From Ilumatobacteraceae bacterium (GTDB lineage Bacteria > Actinomycetota > Acidimicrobiia > Acidimicrobiales > Ilumatobacteraceae), in the NCBI GenBank assembly GCA_044342185.1, contig JBIIQG010000001.1, positions 70,020 to 134,019 of the forward strand: a stretch of DNA of 64,000 nt, in the 5' to 3' direction. The notes below the pieces were generated by a model that saw only the letters and a program-made list of their open reading frames with translations, was not told where the DNA came from and did not search any database. Position 1 is the first letter of the stretch, and each line of letters begins with the position of its first letter. The translations under genes were made by a program, and so were the position numbers. This document shows positions 28,734 through 36,699 of the stretch, piece after piece.

Positions 28734-29209
28734 GCCTCAGCATTCACGAACTTGTGGTCAGAGCAGAAACTGCCGCTACACGGTTTCCACGGTGCTCACG
28801 AGAACAGGCGCTCACGTATGCATGTGAATACGTTGCTGACGAAATTGTGGGGGCCCGCATTATGGAAGCCCACGAACTGGATGACTGGCTGCAATCGGTG
28901 TGCCACCGAGAAGACATCGATGTTCCTACTCTTCAGATCGCAAAAGCCAGACCGCGCACTCTTGCTTCCACAGACATTGATTCCCTCTCTATTTGTCTCT
29001 ATGGGCGTAACACCACGTTGTCTACCCTCTTGCACGAAGTGGCTCACGCCTCTGTTCGTCTCGACGGTCATGGCGTTCTGTTTCGCGATGAACTCGTGCG
29101 TCTCACCCGCGCCCATCTCTCTGTCGACTACGCAGCGCTTCTACATTCGTTGTTTGTAGGGCTGGGCCTAGACGCAGCACCATGGGGTGCAAGCGCCCAC
29201 CGTCGCTAA
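28730..29209 (+). CDS. putative zinc metallohydrolase (HExxH; SprT-like / TIGR04338-like)
   Basis: ATGA overlap with the DUF2786 gene. LLHEVAHASVRLDGHGVLF contains HExxH followed by a GHG segment. The family name is from memory. Confidence 0.55.
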   Translation: MSLSIHELVVRAETAATRFPRCSREQALTYACEYVADEIVGARIMEAHELDDWLQSVCHREDIDVPTLQIAKARPRTLASTDIDSLSICLYGRNTTLSTLLHEVAHASVRLDGHGVLFRDELVRLTRAHLSVDYAALLHSLFVGLGLDAAPWGASAHRR

Positions 29210-29237
29210 CTTCAGCTGCAGGTGACAGACTGCGTGC

Positions 29238-29888
29238 ATGACCATTACAGACGACTTCTATTCGCTTCTGTCCACCACTCGCTCTATTCGACGCATTCGC
29301 GACACACCCGTCGACAGCGAAACTCTGGAACGCATTTGCCAAGCCTCGGTGTGGGCACCAAGCGGCGGTAACCGTCAACCATGGAGACTCATTGCTGTTC
29401 GCGATCGCGCCATTAAAGAGAAATTGTCTGCACTGTATGTAGACGAATGGGCAAAGTATGTGGACTACAACTTGGCAAAGCTGGGTGACCAACCAGCAGA
29501 AGTCATTGAGAAAGTTCGCGCGCAATTCGGAACTGGCACTGCACTCGCAGAGAACTTGGCCCAAATTCCTGTCGTTGCGCTATTTGTTCACGACCCCGCC
29601 GCTCTCTACGTCACCGATGCGAGTCTTGGTCGTCACCCCGTTGTTGGTGGAGCCTCGTTGTACCCAGCAGTGCAGAACTTTCTTCTTGCCGCACGAGCCG
29701 AAGGTCTAGGTGGCGTGCTCACAACGCTGATTTGCTCACGTGAAAGCGAACTGCGAAACATTTTGAAGTTTCCGGAAGGTTGGGGTGTTCACGCCATGAT
29801 TCCCTTGGGATATCCGAAGGGAAATCATGGCCCGCTTCAACGTGCACCGCTGAACACCATGATGTCAATCGATACGTGGTCTCACTAA
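29238..29888 (+). CDS. nitroreductase family protein
   Basis: 216 aa. RSIRRIRDTPV...APSGGNRQPWRLI FMN-binding pattern. Confidence 0.8.
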   Translation: MTITDDFYSLLSTTRSIRRIRDTPVDSETLERICQASVWAPSGGNRQPWRLIAVRDRAIKEKLSALYVDEWAKYVDYNLAKLGDQPAEVIEKVRAQFGTGTALAENLAQIPVVALFVHDPAALYVTDASLGRHPVVGGASLYPAVQNFLLAARAEGLGGVLTTLICSRESELRNILKFPEGWGVHAMIPLGYPKGNHGPLQRAPLNTMMSIDTWSH

Positions 29889-31348
29889 GGCTGTTTGCGC
29901 CACGAAACATTGTCGGGCCAACGGCCCTTGCCGCCCTCTTCCACAAGAAAACCAGTAAGAGTTCTGTCGGCATGTTCCATTCGCCATTGCAGAGTTGCGC
30001 GAGCCTCTCGCCACAACACCGCGGGGTCATCGGTGGTCACACGTTGGTGTGGGTCGGCAAGTAGATCGAAACACAAATGGTCACCATCTGCGAATTGAAC
30101 AAACACGTGCGTATCGGTGCGCCGAACCGACAAGTTCAACTGCTCTAACCGGCGTTTCCACGGCCATTCAAATCTGTCGAATGGGATGAGGGCAAAGCGC
30201 CAGTCGTATTCCCAATGCGCTGCGTCTCGCCACCATTCTGGTTCCACGCCTTCAAGAAATGGAGTGAGCGGAAGGCCATCGCACTGCGCTGGAATTGAAA
30301 TACCCATTGCTTCACACAGCGTTGGCATGATGTCGACGTTCTCAGTGAAGTGAGAAACAGTGGTGCCGTGCCCGGCGGGATGCCGCGGATCGCGAACAAT
30401 ACCCACAATGTGTTGGCTGGTATCCCAGTACCCCACTTTTTCCTTTAACCCGTGGTCACCTAATAGTTCTGCGTGATCAGCAACAACAACAACGACCGTG
30501 TTGTCCCATTCGCCACTCTCGCGAAGCGCCTCCCAGATACGACCAAGTTGTGCATCTACTTCACTAATCATCCCGAAGTACTGCGCACGCATATGAGCGA
30601 GCTCGTCAGCGTCCTCTGGGGCTTTTGTTGAGTCGAGTTGCAACATCACTTCATGAAACGGATGAATATTCTCTGCACGTTGAATTGGTTCACCCACACT
30701 CTCAGGTGAATACATAGTTGCGAATTTTCCTGCAGCCGCATACGGAGGATGCGGGCGAATGAAACTTGCGTGTGCAAACCAAGCACCGGACTGGTGACTG
30801 ATCCACCGCAAGAGTTCAGTGGTGAGAAATGACGACACACTCACGTCTTCGTGCCGTTCTCCTTCAGACTTCAGAAGATCAAGAATCCCCATGGCAGTGT
30901 CTTGACCGTGCGACTTCAAGAACTCTCGCCATGGACGAAAGTTTCCTGTGAGATCTAGTTGGCAATCAAACCCTGGAAGCACACCTTCATATGTAGACAA
31001 GCGGTCGTCTTCAGGCCCACTGGTGACTCGTGGATCAACAGACTGATCGGTGTATCCAAAGAGTGCTGGTGAATATCCGGCGCGCCGTGCAGCCAATGCG
31101 ATGTTGTCGAAACGTTCGTCTAAGGGTGTGCCGTTGGCAACCACACGATGATTCATTTGGTACATGCCCGTGTACAACGACGCTCTTCCGGGTGCGCACG
31201 GTGAAGCTTGGCTGTAGTGGCGCGTGAATCGAACTCCGTTTGCTGCCAAGGCATCCAGATTCGGCGTCTGTACGAGTGGATGACCAGCGACCGACAAACA
31301 ATCACCGCGGAATTGATCGAGTGTAATCAGCAAGATATTGGGGGTCAT
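29885..31348 (-). CDS. Cys-type sulfatase (alkaline-phosphatase superfamily)
   Basis: NILLITLDQFRGD metal site and SPCAPGRASLYTG (CxPxR formylglycine motif). Confidence 0.85.
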   Translation of the reverse strand: MTPNILLITLDQFRGDCLSVAGHPLVQTPNLDALAANGVRFTRHYSQASPCAPGRASLYTGMYQMNHRVVANGTPLDERFDNIALAARRAGYSPALFGYTDQSVDPRVTSGPEDDRLSTYEGVLPGFDCQLDLTGNFRPWREFLKSHGQDTAMGILDLLKSEGERHEDVSVSSFLTTELLRWISHQSGAWFAHASFIRPHPPYAAAGKFATMYSPESVGEPIQRAENIHPFHEVMLQLDSTKAPEDADELAHMRAQYFGMISEVDAQLGRIWEALRESGEWDNTVVVVVADHAELLGDHGLKEKVGYWDTSQHIVGIVRDPRHPAGHGTTVSHFTENVDIMPTLCEAMGISIPAQCDGLPLTPFLEGVEPEWWRDAAHWEYDWRFALIPFDRFEWPWKRRLEQLNLSVRRTDTHVFVQFADGDHLCFDLLADPHQRVTTDDPAVLWREARATLQWRMEHADRTLTGFLVEEGGKGRWPDNVSWRKQP

Positions 31349-32151
31349 GGACGCTGTCCTGTCGTAAGAAATTGACGAGCGTCAATCATCGCTTGCTTGT
31401 CTTGCCCCGAAAAGATGTGTCCGCCCTCATAGATAGCCAGTGAAGCATCGGGGATTCGCTTCACAATCTCTTCAGAATTCGATGGTGGGGCAATTCCGTC
31501 ATATCGGCCTGCCATCACAAACGTAGGAGCGGTCACACGATGCAGGCGGTCTGCAACGTCGTGTCCAATTCGTGTAACCAACTGAAGTCGTTCACCGCGA
31601 ATCACATCGGGGGACTTGGGGCGAGCAGCTTGTTCGTTTCTCATGGCCACCATTTGCGCATCTGCTGCATGTTCCGCAAGCCACGTGGGGGTCCATCGCG
31701 TGTCGGTCAGTTCTGTCACCTTGCGCGCACGCTCGTCTGGAGAAAGAGATCCCAACTCGTGCAACGGATACGAAGACCCCGCATTTCCACCAGCCGACGT
31801 ACACATCAGAACTAGTCGCTCAACGCGCTGTGGATAAGTCACAGCAAACTCTTGAGCAACCATGCCACCAAAGCTGATTCCGAACACAGCACAAGTTTCC
31901 CAACCAACATGATCGAGCAGAGCTGCACCATCTTGTGCGTACTGCTGCATGGTGTACGGGCCGTCAGGAATGCTTGTACGACCAAGCCCGCGTTGATCAT
32001 GTGCAAGAACCGTGCACTGCTTTGCAAGTGCAGAGATAAGCAATTGCGTGGATTCCAATGTTGCACCAGAACCATTGAAGAAAAGAACACGCTGGCCTTC
32101 GCCGCTGATCTCGTAATTGATGGTGATGTCTGATTGCTCGAAGAATGGCAC
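31345..32151 (-). CDS. alpha/beta hydrolase
   Basis: GISFGG (GxSxG) nucleophile elbow. Start placed at GTG 32151, giving MPFFEQSDITINYEISGEGQRVLFFNGSG, a typical N-terminus. The track ORF extends to 32337 with implausible sequence. Confidence 0.8.
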   Translation of the reverse strand: MPFFEQSDITINYEISGEGQRVLFFNGSGATLESTQLLISALAKQCTVLAHDQRGLGRTSIPDGPYTMQQYAQDGAALLDHVGWETCAVFGISFGGMVAQEFAVTYPQRVERLVLMCTSAGGNAGSSYPLHELGSLSPDERARKVTELTDTRWTPTWLAEHAADAQMVAMRNEQAARPKSPDVIRGERLQLVTRIGHDVADRLHRVTAPTFVMAGRYDGIAPPSNSEEIVKRIPDASLAIYEGGHIFSGQDKQAMIDARQFLTTGQRP

Positions 32152-32338
32152 GATGCAAGTGTGGCACCGACAGGGGTATCCACCATTCACGGACCAAAAC
32201 AAGCCACTATCAAGACCCGTGCACACGATTGTGGAAGAAGTGAAACGCTCGCTCGCAGAGCAACACAGTTCCCTCTCATGGCGTCGAGTCACAATGCCTG
32301 GTCTCTCCGTTGCGTGGGTGGGACTGAATGTTCCCACC

Positions 32339-32830
32339 GTGGAAACCGGAGGGCGGCCGTGGGTGTGGGAAGTAGTTACTCCCGATCAATACGACTCGTC
32401 ACAACGTCTGCAAGACGACCCACTTGTGCTTTCCGTTGCGCACGACACGGTTGTGGCCGAAATTTCTCACGCCGACCATTCCGGCCCCATTGTGCGAATG
32501 CAAGTTCCTGTTCGCGAAACGCCGTCCGAAATCTCTCTCCCTGGCCCCCGGTCCCACGCTGGTCACTGGAATGTTCGCTTGGAAACCGGGTGGACCCTCC
32601 AGACCTTGGGGGCCGCCGCCCAGTGCTGGATTGACCGCGAAGCCCCTGGAACGGCTCGCCTGCAGACCCCAGCGGAGCCCGTTTCTTCGCCCCAGCTCTA
32701 TCAGTTGCACCCTGCTATCAATATCGAGTCGGCAGCCTTCGACCACTTGCTTACACTCGATCCCGATGACGCAGCCGAAGTCACTTCCCTTCTCTCCCAG
32801 GTTCACGAGGCACTTCGGCCGTATCGCTAA
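32339..32830 (+). CDS. orphan hypothetical protein (GC-rich, start uncertain)
   Basis: Frame of the 32117 ORF. Candidate starts are ATG 32294, GTG 32339 and GTG 32363 (GGAGGG 9 nt upstream). No recognisable motif. Three other frames are also open here. Confidence 0.4.
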   Translation: METGGRPWVWEVVTPDQYDSSQRLQDDPLVLSVAHDTVVAEISHADHSGPIVRMQVPVRETPSEISLPGPRSHAGHWNVRLETGWTLQTLGAAAQCWIDREAPGTARLQTPAEPVSSPQLYQLHPAINIESAAFDHLLTLDPDDAAEVTSLLSQVHEALRPYR

Positions 32831-32857
32831 TGCCATGGGCCACGGGAGGACCACCCC

Positions 32858-34339
32858 GTGATCACAACATTTGCCACCACCCTCACCGCCGTCGATTATT
32901 CCGAACGCGACCGCATCACCCTTGTTGACCTTGTCACCGACTGGCAGATGGAGCATTACCCATTTGACGAGAATGCTCCTGGAACTTCCGTTCGTGTGCG
33001 CGAAGGTACAGACGACCCCGTGTTTCGACTCACCATCACACAGAGCGCAACCGGAAAGCCATATGCACAGACAATTACCGCAACTGTTGTAGCGCTAGAC
33101 AGCATTCTGCTTTTCGATTTACGAATCGTTGCTACGCCAACAACCGTTCGCGTAGCACCGTATGTAGTGCAACCACTGCCGCCGCATGTCGTGCGGTTGG
33201 TGAATTCAGTACTTGCTTCCGTTCGCATGGAAGATGCAAACGAGTACCTCAGTGGAACCACATCTGTCATCACTACCGAAGATGGTGGCGCTCGTGTTGG
33301 TGCTCTGGTTCATGCTCCGCGACGAACACTTCCCGTTGTTGTTGAGATTGTTGACTTTGTAAATGGCGCTGCGCCAATTCTTCCGAATGCTCTTGGCCCA
33401 CTCACTGGTCTTGTCCATCAATTTCGCATCACCACGCCAGATGCACTTCGCGGATACTTGTCGCTAGCCGGCACCGCACTCACTGGTCCAGGCCACTTGC
33501 TCGTTCACTGGGCCGGATCATTAGAGCCGCACATTGAACGACGACAAGATGTTCGCGCCGGACAAGAGTTTTCTGTTGTACAACGGCTTGCCACTCTGAT
33601 TACCGAAATTGCAGCGCGAACGGTGAGTGCACCGCGACTACCGCCCCCGCCGCGTTACGAAGACGACCCCATCGTGGAGTCGAATCGCGATACTGCAACT
33701 GACGACGACGAAGTTGATGATCAGGCCTTACATATTGAGCAACTTGAAGCCACTGTGGAAGACATGCAAGCTGCACTTGCTGATGCCGACCGCATCATTG
33801 CGGAACAACGCATCCAAATTGAACAAAAGGGTGGTCAATTAGACGAACTCATCCTGCGCAATGTGTCTTTGGAGATTCAAGCGGGCAGCACTCCTCAAGT
33901 GCGCGCAGTTGCTTCTATGAAAGAAGCCCTTCGCCTTGCACAAGACCATTGTCCACAACTTGTATTTCACGAACGTGCGCTGGAGTCGGGAGAACACCTT
34001 GAAGGTCCAGAGCCCGTGAGTGTTCTTCAAGATCTTGTCCGCTTAAACGAAGTAGCTCGTGCATGGCGTGCCGGAGAAATCTCTGGCACCAGCATCGTGT
34101 TGGCGTGTCGTCAAATGGGACTCGACTTTGCGCCGCGTATATCTGATAACGCACGTCAGAAATTTGAAGAGGACTATCTCATCACGTGGCGTGGAGAAAC
34201 TGTTCGTGCAGAAGCGCACTTGCGTCGCGGAAGAAAAGCTCACCTCGTGCGTATTCATGTGTATTTCGACCAAGAGACGCAAGAGGTAGTAGTGGCCTAC
34301 ATCGGCCGGCACCTACGCGACAAGGGCACCCAGTCCTGA
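32858..34339 (+). CDS. orphan modular protein (N-domain / acidic-Pro linker / coiled coil / C-terminal RelE-ParE-like tail)
   Basis: GTG 32858 lies 7 nt after GGGAGGA. 493 aa. Heptad-like IEQLEATVEDMQAALADADRIIAEQRIQIEQKGGQLDELILRN. C-terminus HLVRIHVYFDQETQEVVVAYIGRHL. Confidence 0.6.
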   Translation: MITTFATTLTAVDYSERDRITLVDLVTDWQMEHYPFDENAPGTSVRVREGTDDPVFRLTITQSATGKPYAQTITATVVALDSILLFDLRIVATPTTVRVAPYVVQPLPPHVVRLVNSVLASVRMEDANEYLSGTTSVITTEDGGARVGALVHAPRRTLPVVVEIVDFVNGAAPILPNALGPLTGLVHQFRITTPDALRGYLSLAGTALTGPGHLLVHWAGSLEPHIERRQDVRAGQEFSVVQRLATLITEIAARTVSAPRLPPPPRYEDDPIVESNRDTATDDDEVDDQALHIEQLEATVEDMQAALADADRIIAEQRIQIEQKGGQLDELILRNVSLEIQAGSTPQVRAVASMKEALRLAQDHCPQLVFHERALESGEHLEGPEPVSVLQDLVRLNEVARAWRAGEISGTSIVLACRQMGLDFAPRISDNARQKFEEDYLITWRGETVRAEAHLRRGRKAHLVRIHVYFDQETQEVVVAYIGRHLRDKGTQS

Positions 34340-34358
34340 TGCGCCTAGCCTGTCTCAC

Positions 34359-35738
34359 ATGAGCCGTCGCAAGATTCTGCAAGTACTTGCTGGCGCCATC
34401 ACCTTCTTTGTGGCTCTCACGGGTTTTTCTGCTGGGCGTTATGTATTGGCAAATCCGAATGAACCGCTACAACAGAACCTGGCGTCGTGGGCTCGCAATA
34501 AAGGGCTTGGTGGAGTTGTCGACCAACTTGAAGCGTGGCTTCACAACGACCCGCCCGCCGTAGCACCAGCAGACACATTGGCTCTTCTTCCTGCCGACAC
34601 TGAACCACCCCAAGACACCCTCGCGCCCCCCACCAGCATCGGTTCACCAACATCGTCTGTTCCAAGCAGTACGGGGTCCACCACCACCCTTAAGCCGGGA
34701 GGAAGTTCAGCTCCTGCACAACAAACATCTCGGGTGCGCACTGCAAGTTGTCCAAACATTGGTCCCACCACCACAACAACTATTGAACCCACCACCACTG
34801 CGGTGCCCACCACAACAACCACTTCTACTACAACAACAAGTTCCACGATTCCTGGCGAAACAACCACGACAACAACAACCACAACCACACTTCCTGCTCG
34901 TCCTACCGATATCACCCCACAGGTCACTCCAGCGTTGCGTGGTGAAGGTGAATGGGTATCGGTGATGCGTGTGCGCACGAAGCCCATCATTTACGCAAGT
35001 TCAATTCGCCCGTTGTGGTGCTACGGATCTGTTGTGGCCACCATGGCAACGTACGACCCAAACAAAGTACGAGCAGCTTTGTTTAACGGAAATGAAGTAC
35101 CTGGCGGAAGAGGGTGGCGCAACACATCGAAGATCAAGGGCTCTGCAAAGAAATCCCTCATTGCAAGTTTCAACGGTGGATTCCGCTTTGAACATTCACC
35201 CGGCGGATATGTCACTGAAGGAAAGATTGTTCAGAAAATGCGTAAGGGCTATGCCACGTTTGGCATTCGCGCAGATGGCACAAGCACCGTCGGTGTGTGG
35301 GGCAAGAACATGACCAATGACGGAACATGGACTTCGCTGCGACAGAACCTTCCACCACTCGTCCATGAAGGAAAAGTGGTGTACCACACGTACGACAAAG
35401 TTGACTGGGGTAAAGACTTTGGAAACAAGGTGTACAACTTCCGTTCTGCTGTGTGTGTGCGTACCGACGGGCTCATGATGTTTGTTGCCGTCGGAAAAGT
35501 GAACATCGCATTGCTTGCCGACACTCTCTTAGTACTCGGATGTTCCACTGCAATGGAACTCGACATCAACGGAACATGGCCTTTCTTCGCTGTGTACCAA
35601 GACTTCGGAAAGATTGATCGCGTTGGCCGCACAATCGATACGCGCATGGGCGACCCACAACGACACCTCAACGGTTCTACAAAAGACTTTTTTGGTCTTT
35701 TCGACCCGGAAACTCTTGCCCCAGGTTCTGTTCGTTAA
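34359..35738 (+). CDS. membrane-anchored phosphodiester glycosidase (NAGPA/DUF2233) family protein
   Basis: N-terminal TM anchor, Pro/Thr-rich linker, C-terminal domain with SFNGGFRF...GYATFGIRADGT...RSAVCVRTDG...AMELDINGT pattern. Confidence 0.7.
   Translation: MSRRKILQVLAGAITFFVALTGFSAGRYVLANPNEPLQQNLASWARNKGLGGVVDQLEAWLHNDPPAVAPADTLALLPADTEPPQDTLAPPTSIGSPTSSVPSSTGSTTTLKPGGSSAPAQQTSRVRTASCPNIGPTTTTTIEPTTTAVPTTTTTSTTTTSSTIPGETTTTTTTTTTLPARPTDITPQVTPALRGEGEWVSVMRVRTKPIIYASSIRPLWCYGSVVATMATYDPNKVRAALFNGNEVPGGRGWRNTSKIKGSAKKSLIASFNGGFRFEHSPGGYVTEGKIVQKMRKGYATFGIRADGTSTVGVWGKNMTNDGTWTSLRQNLPPLVHEGKVVYHTYDKVDWGKDFGNKVYNFRSAVCVRTDGLMMFVAVGKVNIALLADTLLVLGCSTAMELDINGTWPFFAVYQDFGKIDRVGRTIDTRMGDPQRHLNGSTKDFFGLFDPETLAPGSVR
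34764..34890 (+). repeat. coding low-complexity ACC/ACA (poly-Thr) tract
   Basis: Encodes TTTTTIEPTTTAVPTTTTTSTTTTSSTIPGETTTTTTTTTT. The antisense strand gives a spurious poly-Val ORF. Confidence 0.8.
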
Positions 35739-36694
35739 GCCAGTGCGTACTCGCCCAACAAACGTGGTGCACCGCCATCGGTAGTAACAACCACGCCGTC
35801 GTCTACCAACTTGCGAATATGTGACCACACACTGCGACGCGCAGGACGATGCAGTCTCTTGTCAACCGCGGCGTAGAGAACTTTCACAATTCCTGGAATA
35901 GTGGCATTGCCCAGTGAGATTTGATGAATGATTTGCTGTTCGCGCTCTAAACGATGCGCGAGATACGCAACCAAGAACGTGTTGGGGTCAGTCACTGGCC
36001 CGCCATGTGTTGGCCACAGAATTGAGTCGTGGCGACCAATGACCTTGTGCATTGAATCGATATAGGCGCGCATGTCTCCATCGGGTGGAGACACCACAGT
36101 TGTTGACCACCCCATCACGTGGTCACCCGTAAACAAAGCGCGATCAACATCCATAGCCACCGCAAGATGATTTGACGTGTGCCCCGGAGTTGCAACGGCT
36201 GTCAACGAGAACTCGCTAGTGGAGATAATTGTTTCTCCATCTTTCACCGCAATATCTGGTGCGAAGGCAAGATCAATCGTTTCGCGCTCTTCGTCGTCGT
36301 CTTTCTTCTCGGATGGGTCGTCTTCAGACGGATCATGATCGTCTTCTTCAATGAAACCTTCGTACACCTTGTGTGGACCAATGGCGAAACGTGGTGCTTG
36401 TGTTTCTTCGTGTAACCACGCAGTGAGTGGTGAATGATCCGAATGACAGTGTGTGACAACAATGCCCACCACGTTTCTGCCCTTCAGTGCGACCGCTAAC
36501 GCATCGCGGTGAGAATTCAAAGTAGGGCCCGGATCAATGACCACCACATTCTGGGTACCCAACAGGTACGTACCTGTTCCGTGGTAACTGAACTTTGATG
36601 GGTTCTGTGCAATGACCCGCTGAATGAGTGGGGTCATCTGTTCCGCGACCGCATATGGCGCATCATCTATGCGGGGAACAAACGGTATTGCCAT
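35735..36694 (-). CDS. MBL-fold metallo-hydrolase
   Basis: VVTHCHSDHS (HxHxDH) motif, followed by an acidic insertion and a C-terminal wHTH-like tail. Confidence 0.8.
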   Translation of the reverse strand: MAIPFVPRIDDAPYAVAEQMTPLIQRVIAQNPSKFSYHGTGTYLLGTQNVVVIDPGPTLNSHRDALAVALKGRNVVGIVVTHCHSDHSPLTAWLHEETQAPRFAIGPHKVYEGFIEEDDHDPSEDDPSEKKDDDEERETIDLAFAPDIAVKDGETIISTSEFSLTAVATPGHTSNHLAVAMDVDRALFTGDHVMGWSTTVVSPPDGDMRAYIDSMHKVIGRHDSILWPTHGGPVTDPNTFLVAYLAHRLEREQQIIHQISLGNATIPGIVKVLYAAVDKRLHRPARRSVWSHIRKLVDDGVVVTTDGGAPRLLGEYALA

Positions 36695-36699
36695 GTCAA

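Noticed and set aside
28186-28827. 213-aa plus-strand ORF overlapping the DUF2786 gene in another frame
   Set aside because: The sequence is low-complexity and Arg/Thr/Cys-rich with no motif. The DUF2786 frame has a clear family signature and coupled downstream gene.
32399-32956. 185-aa minus-strand ORF, plus two alternative plus-strand ORFs (32134-32634, 32424-32861)
   Set aside because: Their translations are Gly/Arg/Pro-rich with no structure-like pattern. The ORFs exist because the segment is GC-rich and stop-poor. I kept only the frame that ends just before the next gene, but flagged the ambiguity as a finding.
34541-34990. 149-aa minus-strand ORF with a long poly-Val run
   Set aside because: It is the antisense reading of the ACC/ACA poly-Thr linker of the phosphodiester-glycosidase-like gene, so it is a compositional artefact and not a gene.
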